A DNA stretch of 64,000 bases from an uncultured bacterium (GTDB lineage Bacteria > Auribacterota > Erginobacteria > Erginobacterales > Erginobacteraceae): NCBI GenBank assembly GCA_963822585.1, contig CAWGIE010000011.1, positions 128,001 through 192,000 on the forward strand. The letters are read 5' to 3'. Under the pieces are notes generated by a model. It was not told the origin of the DNA. It made no database searches and worked only from the letters and a program-made list of their open reading frames with translations. The position numbers and the translations under genes were made by a program. Below, in pieces: positions 1-8,556 of this stretch. The stretch's first letter is position 1. The number at the start of each line of letters is the position of its first letter.

Positions 1-658
1 CCATAAACCGGACCAGCGCGGCGGGCCCGGGGGGATGGCCGGGGGCGGAAAAGACGAGATCGCTGAGATAGACAACGGTCTCACTCGACGGCTGCCAGAG
101 GAAGAAATTAAGGTAGGTCACCTTGCTCAGGTCAAGCCGGTTGGCGAGATCCCCCATCGGGATCCGGATCGTTATCCGCTCCCGGGGAGGGAGAACAATA
201 CTTTTTTGATAGGCGTTTCCGGAAACATCCTTCACCTTGACCTTGAGATCGACCGGCCAGGATTGCGGGTTATAGGCCTGCAGGGAGAAGCTCTCCGCTT
301 TCCGCCAGTCCATCATCCCCATCGTCTCATCCGTCCAGAGAAGGCCGGGCGCCGCCGACGGATAATAGGTCACTTTACCCCAGCTGTCATCCGCCCCGAA
401 GAGGGGGCCGGCCGCCTCCAGCCGGGTCCCGTTTGTCTTCCAGATCGCCAGGTCATCAGGACTCCGGAAAGAACAGCTGAAACCGGCCATTTCCCGGGGC
501 TTGAATCCGGATACCAGCGCTTGCGGCTCCCGTTTTAATCTCTGTAAAAAACCGGGAAGGTCCGCCAGCCGGTTTTTAAAGAAGAGCAGGAGGATAACGA
601 CCAGCAACAGTCCCCAGAGTCCGTTGAGGGTCAGTTTTATTAATCTTTTTCTTTCCAT
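1..658 (-). CDS. Membrane-anchored or secreted protein, possibly with a carbohydrate-binding-like domain; runs off the window start
   Basis: Translated by hand: ATG at 658, MERKRLIKLTLNGLWGLLLVVILLLFFK (basic then hydrophobic anchor), open to position 1 (...WRKAESFSLQAYNPQSWPVDLKVKVKD...). Absent from the ORF track because it has no stop in the window. Confidence 0.7.
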   Translation of the reverse strand, partial: MERKRLIKLTLNGLWGLLLVVILLLFFKNRLADLPGFLQRLKREPQALVSGFKPREMAGFSCSFRSPDDLAIWKTNGTRLEAAGPLFGADDSWGKVTYYPSAAPGLLWTDETMGMMDWRKAESFSLQAYNPQSWPVDLKVKVKDVSGNAYQKSIVLPPRERITIRIPMGDLANRLDLSKVTYLNFFLWQPSSETVVYLSDLVFSAPGHPPGPAALVRFM

Positions 659-964
659 CCGGGCGCCGTTTTTGCTACGATATGAAGATAATTTTTCGGT
701 TCTCGGCCATTTTTAACAACCACCCCCGCGGCTGATGTCCGGGATCCTGCTTGGAGGAGTTGCCGTTTCTGTTCCTCAATCCGGCCCGGGAGTAAAAGTT
801 CACGAAATGCACAGTAACAAATAACGAATTCCGAGTCAAACAACCATTCATGATCCGTTGATTGGAAAAGTTGCATTTGCAATCAGGGGCCTTTTATGGT
901 AGACAGTTGTCATTCTGCAGTTTCCGTTAACATTCCCTGCGGGGGATTTTGGAGGCCTTGTGCG

Positions 965-1819
965 ATGGTCAAATCATCTGTCAGTTCTATTGTGCTCCTC
1001 ATGGTCCTTTTCTCTTTCTCTCCCCTCCTTCTCGGGGAGACGGCCGAAGTGGCCGACCGGCAGGGATTGGAGAGCGTCTGGAAACGGTCGGGCAGGACCA
1101 CGGGGGTGATCGACTACCCCTACAGCCCGCAGCCGGGTATTTATGGCGGCAAAGACGTTCGGCAGCTGGAAAATCGGGGGTACATCTTTATCAATCCCCA
1201 GACGGAAGAGTTCACCCGCCGGCCCGCGGTCCCGGCCGCCGAGACGGCCACGACCGGCGCCGGGCAGCCCGACTGCGAAGAGATCCGCAAAGCTCTTGAG
1301 GCAGAGGTGGCGCGATCCACGCGGCTGGAGGCGGAGAAGCAGACAACCGCGGACGAACTGCGCGAGATGAGCCAGAAAGCCGACGATCAACAGTTCAAAA
1401 TCGCGGCCCTGGAGTTCGAAATCACTCAATTAGAGGAGCAGATCGCGGCCGCGGAAGGCACTTCCGGGGGTCCGGGTACGGTCGGCGGCGGCGAAGGCAG
1501 CGGCCCGGGCATTGAGGAGACCGGCACCTACATGGTCGAGAAAGGCGACAACCTCTGGAATATCGCGGGCAAGCCCGGGATTTACAATGACCCCTACCGC
1601 TGGCTCCTTCTCTATCACGCCAACCGCGACCAGATCTTCGAACCGGACCTTATCTATCCCGGCATGATCCTGCTCGTCCCCCATTACCGGGGGCTGGCAC
1701 GGCCGGCGGCAACACCGGCCGGGGAAGAACTTCCGGCCGGAGAAGAAGCTCCGGCGGCAGAACAGCCTCCGCCCGGGGCGGTGGACACTAAAACAGGTCA
1801 GGGAGAGCAGGGAGAATAA
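965..1819 (+). CDS. Secreted coiled-coil protein with a LysM peptidoglycan-binding domain
   Basis: GGAGG at 951-955 precedes ATG 965. Signal peptide, long heptad-rich helix, LysM motif TYMVEKGDNLWNIAG...NRDQIFEPDLIYPGMILLVP. Stop overlaps the next ATG (TAATG). Confidence 0.85.
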   Translation: MVKSSVSSIVLLMVLFSFSPLLLGETAEVADRQGLESVWKRSGRTTGVIDYPYSPQPGIYGGKDVRQLENRGYIFINPQTEEFTRRPAVPAAETATTGAGQPDCEEIRKALEAEVARSTRLEAEKQTTADELREMSQKADDQQFKIAALEFEITQLEEQIAAAEGTSGGPGTVGGGEGSGPGIEETGTYMVEKGDNLWNIAGKPGIYNDPYRWLLLYHANRDQIFEPDLIYPGMILLVPHYRGLARPAATPAGEELPAGEEAPAAEQPPPGAVDTKTGQGEQGE

Positions 1820-3942
1820 TGGCTGCCTTTTCTCCAATTTTTCCCACCCGCGGGTTAAGGGGCGTTTTCATCCCGGGCGCCTTGCTACTGCTTCTTTTTT
1901 CCTCCTCGCCGGTCCGCTCCCAGCCGCTCCAGCGAAGCGATACGGCCCAGATCGAGGCCGATATGGAATCAACCATCCAGGACAAACTCAACACTCTGAT
2001 CGGTCCCCGGAGGAGCATCGTCAATGTCAATGTCACCCTGGCCGACCAGTTCGCCGATCAGGCCGGCCAGGAGGTCCGGGCGCTGGAGCGTCTGCCGGGC
2101 GTCCAGATAAAGACACCGGAACAACAGGAGGCGGTACGCCAATCCGGCATCTTCTCCCCTATTATCTCCAGCATTCACATAACCATCGATGCCGACGATA
2201 CCCTTCCGGAGGCGGATCTGGGCACCGCACCGGAGTACAACGGAAGAATCCGGGAGGCCGTTTCGCGCTGGTCCCGGCTCAACCCGGCTCGGGGAGACAC
2301 GCTCAAGATTAATCCGATGGAATGGGGGGATACCGCGCCCCCCACCGGCGCCCAGCAAAATTATCTGCTTTATTCAATTCTGGCCCTGGTCGCCCTCCTG
2401 ATCCTGATCGCCGCCATCTATTTCCCGATGCGGAAATTGAAGGGGACCGCCCCGGCGGTGGCGGCGGCCGGCGCGGCCGGGGAAACGGGGGCCGCCCCCA
2501 GCAGCGGGCCGGCGGTCGCGGAAGAGGAACGCCGGCAGGAAAAGAGGGCGGAGTTGGAGGCGATGCAGCAGGCCCTGGCCGGGGCCACCAGCGACACGAC
2601 CGAAAGCACCCTGACCTCGATCAAGGAATTGATGGAGCAACAACTGGCCAGCGGAGCCCGGGATGACTCCGGAATTCTGGAAGAGATCCGCGACATGCTC
2701 GGCAATCCGCCGCAGGAATCGGATGCCCTGCTCACCGAGATGAGGGACACCCTGTCAGACATGCTGGATGAGCAGAGGAAAATCGCCGCCAAAGCCGGCA
2801 TGGCCGGCGCCGGGGCACCGGGGACGGCCGGCGGCCCGGCCGCGGGGCCGGCGGCGGCGGCAGGACCGATGGGGGAAGGCGGAGCCGGAGAGGCCATGGG
2901 GGCCGAGATCGTGGAGGCGCTGGGCAACCTGGAAGAGATGATGGCCCAGCAGCTGGAAAAGACGCCGGATAAGGAAGGGATCGATCAGCCGTTCAAGTAT
3001 CTCAAGTCAACCGATCCCGAAGACATTATTCTCTTAATCAGCGATGAGGAACCGAAACTGGCGGCGGCGGTTCTTTCCCAGATCGATCCCAAGGCGGCGG
3101 CGGCGGTCTTTGAAGCCCTGGAGGACGATAAACAGTTCGAGCTGGCCCGGGCCATGACTCAGCTTACTGAAGAAGAGGACATGGCGGAAGAGATCAAGGA
3201 CTTCCTGGAGCGGAAGTTGAAGATCGTCCGACTTCACAAAGACTATGAGCCGGTCACGGGGGTGCGGGTCCTGGCCGATATTCTCAGTACCAGCCGCTAC
3301 GCCATCGCCAAGGTCATGCTGGCAAAGATGGAGTCAAAAAACCCGGCGATGGCGGCCGAGGTCCGGAAACGGATGTTCCTCTTTGAAGATATCCAGACCC
3401 TGGCGGACAAGGATGTCGAGATTTTGATCCACAACCTCAACCCGGAACTCCTGGCCCACGCCCTTGCCGACGCCGCCGAGGAGAGCCGGAGCAAATTCCT
3501 GAAGAACATGACCGAGAAAGCCCAGGAGATGGTGCGGGAGGACATGGAGTCGGTCAAAAAAGTACAGATCGAGGAAGAAGGGAAGGAACTGCCCTTCAAC
3601 CAGGCTCTCCTGGGCGTGGAGCAAAACATCATCGACGAAATCTTCCGGACGGTGGACCGGACCACGCTGAAGATGGCCCTCCGGGGCGCTTCCGAACAGG
3701 TGCAGGAGAAATTTTTCAGCGGTCTGACCGAGCGCGCGGTGGCCATGCTGAGGGAGGACCTGGAGGTCATGGGCGGGATCTCCCGGGCCCGGGCGGATGA
3801 AGCCCAGGAAGAGATCATGAATATTCTCCGCCAGCTGAGCAGCAAGACCCTCTCGGCCCAGCATGAAGTAATCGCCACCATCCGGAAACTCGAACATGAA
3901 GGACAGATAACGGTCCCCCGTTTTCAGGAAGAGACGGTATAA
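1819..3942 (+). CDS. FliF-like ring domain + TM + linker fused to FliG middle and duplicated FliG C-terminal domains
   Basis: IEADMESTIQDKLNTLIGPRRSIVNVNVTL and IREAVSRWSRLNPARGDTLKI resemble the two halves of FliF RBM3. One TM (YLLYSILALVALLILIAAIYF). FliG motifs EEPKLAAAVLS, RKRMFLFEDI, NMTEKAQEMVREDME, GLTERAVAMLREDLE, AQHEVIATIRKLEHEGQI. Confidence 0.85.
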   Translation: MAAFSPIFPTRGLRGVFIPGALLLLLFSSSPVRSQPLQRSDTAQIEADMESTIQDKLNTLIGPRRSIVNVNVTLADQFADQAGQEVRALERLPGVQIKTPEQQEAVRQSGIFSPIISSIHITIDADDTLPEADLGTAPEYNGRIREAVSRWSRLNPARGDTLKINPMEWGDTAPPTGAQQNYLLYSILALVALLILIAAIYFPMRKLKGTAPAVAAAGAAGETGAAPSSGPAVAEEERRQEKRAELEAMQQALAGATSDTTESTLTSIKELMEQQLASGARDDSGILEEIRDMLGNPPQESDALLTEMRDTLSDMLDEQRKIAAKAGMAGAGAPGTAGGPAAGPAAAAGPMGEGGAGEAMGAEIVEALGNLEEMMAQQLEKTPDKEGIDQPFKYLKSTDPEDIILLISDEEPKLAAAVLSQIDPKAAAAVFEALEDDKQFELARAMTQLTEEEDMAEEIKDFLERKLKIVRLHKDYEPVTGVRVLADILSTSRYAIAKVMLAKMESKNPAMAAEVRKRMFLFEDIQTLADKDVEILIHNLNPELLAHALADAAEESRSKFLKNMTEKAQEMVREDMESVKKVQIEEEGKELPFNQALLGVEQNIIDEIFRTVDRTTLKMALRGASEQVQEKFFSGLTERAVAMLREDLEVMGGISRARADEAQEEIMNILRQLSSKTLSAQHEVIATIRKLEHEGQITVPRFQEETV

Positions 3943-3944
3943 TT

Positions 3945-4151
3945 ATGATTAAGTTATCCAGGCTCAACGGCCAGGAGTTGGTCGTCAACGCCGAGATGAT
4001 CGAGAAGATCGAGGCCAAGCCCGATACCATCATCACCCTGACCACCGGTGATCAGTATATCGTCCGGGACACGGTGGACGAGATCATCGATAAGGTGACC
4101 AGATATAAACAAAAGATCAACTTTCTCCGAAAGGAACCAACCATCGGATAA
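3945..4151 (+). CDS. flbD: FlbD/SwrD family flagellar protein
   Basis: 68 aa, MIKLSRLNGQELVVNAEMIEKIEAKPDTIITLTTG, typical of the family; directly upstream of motA. Confidence 0.9.
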   Translation: MIKLSRLNGQELVVNAEMIEKIEAKPDTIITLTTGDQYIVRDTVDEIIDKVTRYKQKINFLRKEPTIG

Positions 4152-4157
4152 GGGATC

Positions 4158-4910
4158 ATGCGACTCAGCACTATAATCGGTTTTATCCTCGGCAGCTGCG
4201 TTATCTTCTTCTCGATTTATTTCCGCGGGCCGGAGATGCTCAGCTACTTCGTCAACCTGCCTTCAATAATTATCGTTTTCGGAGGCACCGGGGCGGCCAT
4301 CCTGATCAACTTCAGTTTCCGGCAGATTATGAGCGGCCTGAAAGCTTTCCGCTATACCCTGGTGGGGAGCGTGATGGACCCGGAGGCGGTCATCACCCTG
4401 ATCGTGGAGATGGCGGTCAAGGCCCGGAAGGAAGGGTTCATGTCGATCCGGGGTCTCTCCACCAGAGGCAAATATCCGCTGCTCGACATCGGGGTCGACC
4501 TGGTGGCCGACGGGACCGACCCGGGCGTCACCCGGGGCATCCTGGAAACGGTCTCCGACTATCTCCAGATGAAGATCGGCGCCGATGAGCGGCTCTGGCG
4601 GGATATCGGCGTCTACTCCCCCCTCTACGGGATGGTCGGGACCCTGATCGGTCTGATCATGCTCCTGAAGACACTGACCGATCCCGACACCATCGCCCCC
4701 AACATGTCGGTCGCCCTGATGACCACCTTCTACGGGATTATTTTTGCCGGCATGGTCTGCTTGCCGGTGGCCGGGAAGATCAGGGTGTATAACATCAACA
4801 TGGCCCTGTCCCGGGAAATCATTATTGAGGGGATCGCCTCCATTCAGGCCGGGGACAATTCCCAGATCGTCCGGGAGAAGCTCCGGGCATATCTGGCCGG
4901 GCGGCAATAG
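4158..4910 (+). CDS. motA: Stator A subunit (MotA/PomA family)
   Basis: NLPSIIIVFGGT, ARKEG, PLYGMVGTLIGLI, ALMTTFYG and C-terminal EIIIEGIASIQAGDN motifs. Confidence 0.92.
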   Translation: MRLSTIIGFILGSCVIFFSIYFRGPEMLSYFVNLPSIIIVFGGTGAAILINFSFRQIMSGLKAFRYTLVGSVMDPEAVITLIVEMAVKARKEGFMSIRGLSTRGKYPLLDIGVDLVADGTDPGVTRGILETVSDYLQMKIGADERLWRDIGVYSPLYGMVGTLIGLIMLLKTLTDPDTIAPNMSVALMTTFYGIIFAGMVCLPVAGKIRVYNINMALSREIIIEGIASIQAGDNSQIVREKLRAYLAGRQ

Positions 4911-5006
4911 ACACCTTTTCCCCCCGGGGAAATACGCGCTGTCTCCCGTCCGGCGGTGACGGATCGGCCCGCGCTGGTTACCGTCGATTGAGAGGAGGGT
5001 ATCTCC

Positions 5007-5825
5007 ATGTCCGACGACACCGAACTGTCACCCCAGGTCGAACACGAGCGAATCGACCCGGAGGCGGGAAGCGGGGGACTGGAGGGGGAGTGGCCGCCCG
5101 ACTGGATGGTCACCTACTCCGACATGACGACCATCCTGATGACCTTCTTCGTCCTCTGGTACGCCCTGACCACGGCTAAAGTCGACCAGGACATTCTCAA
5201 ATTCCGCGAGAAGAATGACCAGCAGATTAAAGTGGGGGTAGCGCCGGTGAAAAGGCAAGACGCCATCACCGAGGATGAACTGCGGATCCTGAGACAGTTC
5301 CAGCGGCTCACCCGGGATCAGCAGCGGATCGTCCTGACCGAGATGCGGGCGCTCCGGGTCAAGGCGGAGGAGGTGATGGAGTTCATCAAGCAGGGGAAGA
5401 TGGAAAACGAGGTGGAGATGAAGGTGACGGCGGAAGATATCGTGATCATCCCCACCGCCCCCCTCATCTTCCGGGAAGGGCAGGCAACCATAAAAAAATC
5501 CTTCTACCCGATTTTGGATAAGATCGCCTGGCTGCTGAAGGAGACCGGAGCGTCAGTGAGAATCGAGGGACATACGGACGCGACCCCCATCTCTCCCCGA
5601 CACCGGCAGATATTTCCCAGCAACTGGGACCTCTCCGCCGCCCGGGCGGTCGCGGTCGCGCGATACCTGATCGATACCGGGGGCATCCCCCCGGAGAGAA
5701 TCGCCACCGCGGCGTACGGCTCCTCCCGGCCGAAATACCCCGAGGATAATCCGCTTCTCCGGGCCCGCAACCGGCGGGTTGAATTTCACATCTTCATCAG
5801 TTCCGAGTCGCTTACCAAGGAATAA
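5007..5825 (+). CDS. motB: Stator B subunit 1 (MotB/PomB, OmpA-like peptidoglycan-binding domain)
   Basis: WMVTYSDMTTILMTFFV with the essential Asp; IEGHTD, SNWDLSAARAVAV, RNRRVEF. Confidence 0.92.
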   Translation: MSDDTELSPQVEHERIDPEAGSGGLEGEWPPDWMVTYSDMTTILMTFFVLWYALTTAKVDQDILKFREKNDQQIKVGVAPVKRQDAITEDELRILRQFQRLTRDQQRIVLTEMRALRVKAEEVMEFIKQGKMENEVEMKVTAEDIVIIPTAPLIFREGQATIKKSFYPILDKIAWLLKETGASVRIEGHTDATPISPRHRQIFPSNWDLSAARAVAVARYLIDTGGIPPERIATAAYGSSRPKYPEDNPLLRARNRRVEFHIFISSESLTKE

Positions 5826-5848
5826 CGCTCAACTTTTTCTCTACCGCC

Positions 5849-6679
5849 ATGACACATCGAATACCGAAATCAGCGCGGGATACCGAAGGAGTGTCCTGGC
5901 CGCCGGAGTGGATGACCACTTACTCCGACATGGCCACCCTCCTGATGACCTTTTTTATCATCCTCTCCACCATGATGGCGCTGAACATCGATATCACCTG
6001 GGTGGTCGGGCATGATTACATCGACTTCAACCCCCAGGACACGACGGATATCCCGATTACACTGACCCGGGAGGAGAAAGAACTCCTGGACAAGATCCGG
6101 GAACTGAAACAGCAGCAGATGCGGGAGCTGGCCAAGATCAACGAGATGCAGCGGATGGCCAAGGAGATCCAGCAGTACATCATCGACGCCAACCTGAGCA
6201 GTTTCGTCCGGGTCGAGGTCAGCAAATGGAAGCTGAAGATCGTCCCGGTCGCCCCCTTCCTCTTCCGTCCGGGCAGTGCCGCTCTCCGGCCCGAAGGGAA
6301 GGCCTTTCTCACCGCGCTCTCAAAATTCTTCCTCTTCAGCCCGACCGCCCAGGTCCGGATAACCGGGCACACCGATAACATCCCGATCAAGACGCCGCGT
6401 TTCCCGTCCAACTGGGAGCTGAGCTGCGCCCGGGCCACCTCCGTGATGCGCTACCTGATCGATGAATGCGGGCTTGATCCCCTGACCCTGAGCGCGGTTG
6501 GATATGGTCCCTACAAGCCGATCGCCTCCAACGCGACCCCGGAGGGCCGCGCGAAAAACCGTCGGGTGGAGATCGAGCTCATCCAGCGGCCGGGGCTTCC
6601 CGTTCAGCTGCCCGAAGCGGAATCGGCGGCGGGGGAAGGTGAGACCGGGGGCGAAACGGCCAGTGACTCGGCGATCTGA
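5849..6679 (+). CDS. motB: Stator B subunit 2 (MotB/PomB paralog)
   Basis: WMTTYSDMATLLMTFFI; ITGHTDNIP, SNWELSCARATSV, KNRRVEI. Confidence 0.92.
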   Translation: MTHRIPKSARDTEGVSWPPEWMTTYSDMATLLMTFFIILSTMMALNIDITWVVGHDYIDFNPQDTTDIPITLTREEKELLDKIRELKQQQMRELAKINEMQRMAKEIQQYIIDANLSSFVRVEVSKWKLKIVPVAPFLFRPGSAALRPEGKAFLTALSKFFLFSPTAQVRITGHTDNIPIKTPRFPSNWELSCARATSVMRYLIDECGLDPLTLSAVGYGPYKPIASNATPEGRAKNRRVEIELIQRPGLPVQLPEAESAAGEGETGGETASDSAI

Positions 6680-6888
6680 TTCTGAGTCCGATGCACCTTC
6701 ACTATTTGCCGCAGAAGGTGCCCCAGAACCAACCCGAGAACGATCCCTCCCGCCACCGCGCAGATCAGAACCGCCAAGACTTCCCACGTAGCCAGCTTTT
6801 TTTTCTTCTTCTCCCCGTAGGGATCGGCACGCATTCTGACCCGCACGCGTTTCCTGGCATTCTTCTCGGGATGAGCCGTTTCCTGCAT
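6604..6888 (-). CDS. Possible small single-TM protein; overlaps the motB2 tail convergently
   Basis: KKKKK followed by a hydrophobic stretch VLAVLICAVAGGIVLGLVLG; no recognised family. Confidence 0.35.
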   Translation of the reverse strand: MQETAHPEKNARKRVRVRMRADPYGEKKKKKLATWEVLAVLICAVAGGIVLGLVLGHLLRQIVKVHRTQNQIAESLAVSPPVSPSPAADSASGS

Positions 6889-6963
6889 TGGATGTTCCGT
6901 CCGGATCGATGGTTAAGCTTCGCAACTTATTTAACCGTGAATCTCGCCAAACTTCGCTAATAA

Positions 6964-6993
6964 AAACTACGAATTGCGCGAATTACACGAATT
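6964..6993. repeat. 9-bp-period CGAATT microsatellite arm, copy 1
   Basis: AAACTACGAATTGCGCGAATTACACGAATT; near-identical copy at 13881-13910. Confidence 0.8.
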
Positions 6994-7108
6994 GGGATGT
7001 TTCATGATGACCTAAAGATATCATATATAAGACGTTCCAGCCATCACCCAATCCGTCTCCGCTTGCGGCCGGCGGGATCGGGGCCGGGCGACTTTCCGCA
7101 TCGACGGA

Positions 7109-8284
7109 TCATTGGCCATCCCCGGTTCGTTTTCCTCTTCGGGCACGGCGGCGGGAGAACTCCCCCCGGTAGAAGTTTTCATACCCGCTGATCATGGATG
7201 CGATACCGTATCCGGCCCGGACGACGGAGGCGGCCGCGTGGCCAAACCGCTCCTGCAAATCCGGGTTGTCGAGTATCCTCTCGATGGCCGCGGCCAGGGC
7301 GTGAGGGTCCCGGGGAGGGACCAGGAGCCCGGAAAACCCGTCTTTTACCAAATCCGCGCTCCCTCCCACCGCCGTCACGACAACCGCCCGGCCGAGAGCC
7401 ATCGCCTCCAGAAGAGCGATGGAGAGACCTTCCCGGATAGAACTGAGGGTGAAGACGTCGGCGAGGGCGACGATCTCCACCGCGTCCGAGCGGGAACCGA
7501 GCAGGGCCACCCTGGCATCGAGGCCGCGTGATCGGATGGCCGTTTCCAATTCTCCGCGGAGTTCTCCGTCTCCCAGCAGGAGAAAATGCACATCCCCCCG
7601 ATGCCGGAGTATCTGCTCGGCGGCATCGAGCAGGTACCGGTGACCCTTCTTCGGCGTCAGGGCAGCCGAGGTGACTACGAGCTTGTTTCCGGGGGGGATC
7701 CCGAGATCACGCAGCTTCCCGGCCGGATCGCCGGCCCGCCGCAGCCGATCAAGGTTCAGGCCGTTGTCTATCACCCCGGCTTTTCCCTCCGGGAAATGAC
7801 AATGGGAGATCAGGGACCTGCGGACCGGCTCCGAGACCGCGATCACCCGATCGGTCCGGAAAGAGAGGATGTAATCCGTCAGCCGCCGGAGAGAGTTTTT
7901 CCATTCGGACATGTTATGCTCGGTCCGGAAAAGCACACAGCGAGGAAAGAACACGGCCGCGGCCCAGCCCCAGAGATGGCTCGAAAAAAGATGCGTGTGA
8001 ATGATATCTACCTCTTCATCCCTGATGATGCCGAGAAGCCGCCGGAAGCTTTTCCCATCGGCAGCCGACTTCCTCCCCAGGATGAAGACCGGGACGCCGA
8101 GCGCCCGCAGCATATCCGCGACACCGCCGCCCCGGGTGAGGGCACAGACCAGAAACCGGAATTCCTCCCGGTCTCCCCGCTGGATGAGATCGTACACCAC
8201 CATTTCGGCCCCTTCCCGGGGAAGGCTGTCGATCAGGTGAAGAACGGTTATTGCTTTCCGCGCCGCATCATTCATTCGATTCAT
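7109..8284 (-). CDS. Glycosyltransferase family 4
   Basis: LHLIDSLPREGAE, IIHTH, SIREGLSIALLEAMALG. Confidence 0.9.
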   Translation of the reverse strand: MNRMNDAARKAITVLHLIDSLPREGAEMVVYDLIQRGDREEFRFLVCALTRGGGVADMLRALGVPVFILGRKSAADGKSFRRLLGIIRDEEVDIIHTHLFSSHLWGWAAAVFFPRCVLFRTEHNMSEWKNSLRRLTDYILSFRTDRVIAVSEPVRRSLISHCHFPEGKAGVIDNGLNLDRLRRAGDPAGKLRDLGIPPGNKLVVTSAALTPKKGHRYLLDAAEQILRHRGDVHFLLLGDGELRGELETAIRSRGLDARVALLGSRSDAVEIVALADVFTLSSIREGLSIALLEAMALGRAVVVTAVGGSADLVKDGFSGLLVPPRDPHALAAAIERILDNPDLQERFGHAAASVVRAGYGIASMISGYENFYRGEFSRRRARRGKRTGDGQ

Positions 8285-8325
8285 CCACCCCGAAAAACGC
8301 CGCCTCTTGAAATAACTTCACTAAA

Positions 8326-8547
8326 ACCACGAAGGACACGAAGTTCACGAAGAAGATGCTCACAGAAAACAACCGCATTTATCCGTCATGCATCTCCACA
8401 TTCGCTGACCATGTGAGCAAAGGAAAGTGTATCATACTATCTGATGACAACCTTCGTCTCGAAAGGAATTTAGCCATAATTGATTTGCCGAATCAGCTAC
8501 AACCTCTTACCGGTATTTCCCTTCGTGCTCTTCGTGTCCTTCGTGAT
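8326..8547. repeat. Element with inverted (CACGAAGnn)x3 arms, copy A
   Basis: Left ACCACGAAGGACACGAAGTTCACGAAG, right CTTCGTGCTCTTCGTGTCCTTCGTGAT, AT-rich interior. Confidence 0.85.
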
Positions 8548-8556
8548 TACATACTC

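Noticed and set aside
862..880. Sigma54 promoter upstream of the motor operon
   Set aside because: TGG to TGC spacing is 6 or 12 nt rather than the required 9.
4158..6679. Zorya (ZorAB), ExbBD or TolQR assignment for the stator genes
   Set aside because: MotA is 250 aa with no ZorA-type long tail, MotB has flagellar-type TYSD and OmpA motifs, the neighbours are FliG and FlbD, and no zorC/D/E is present.
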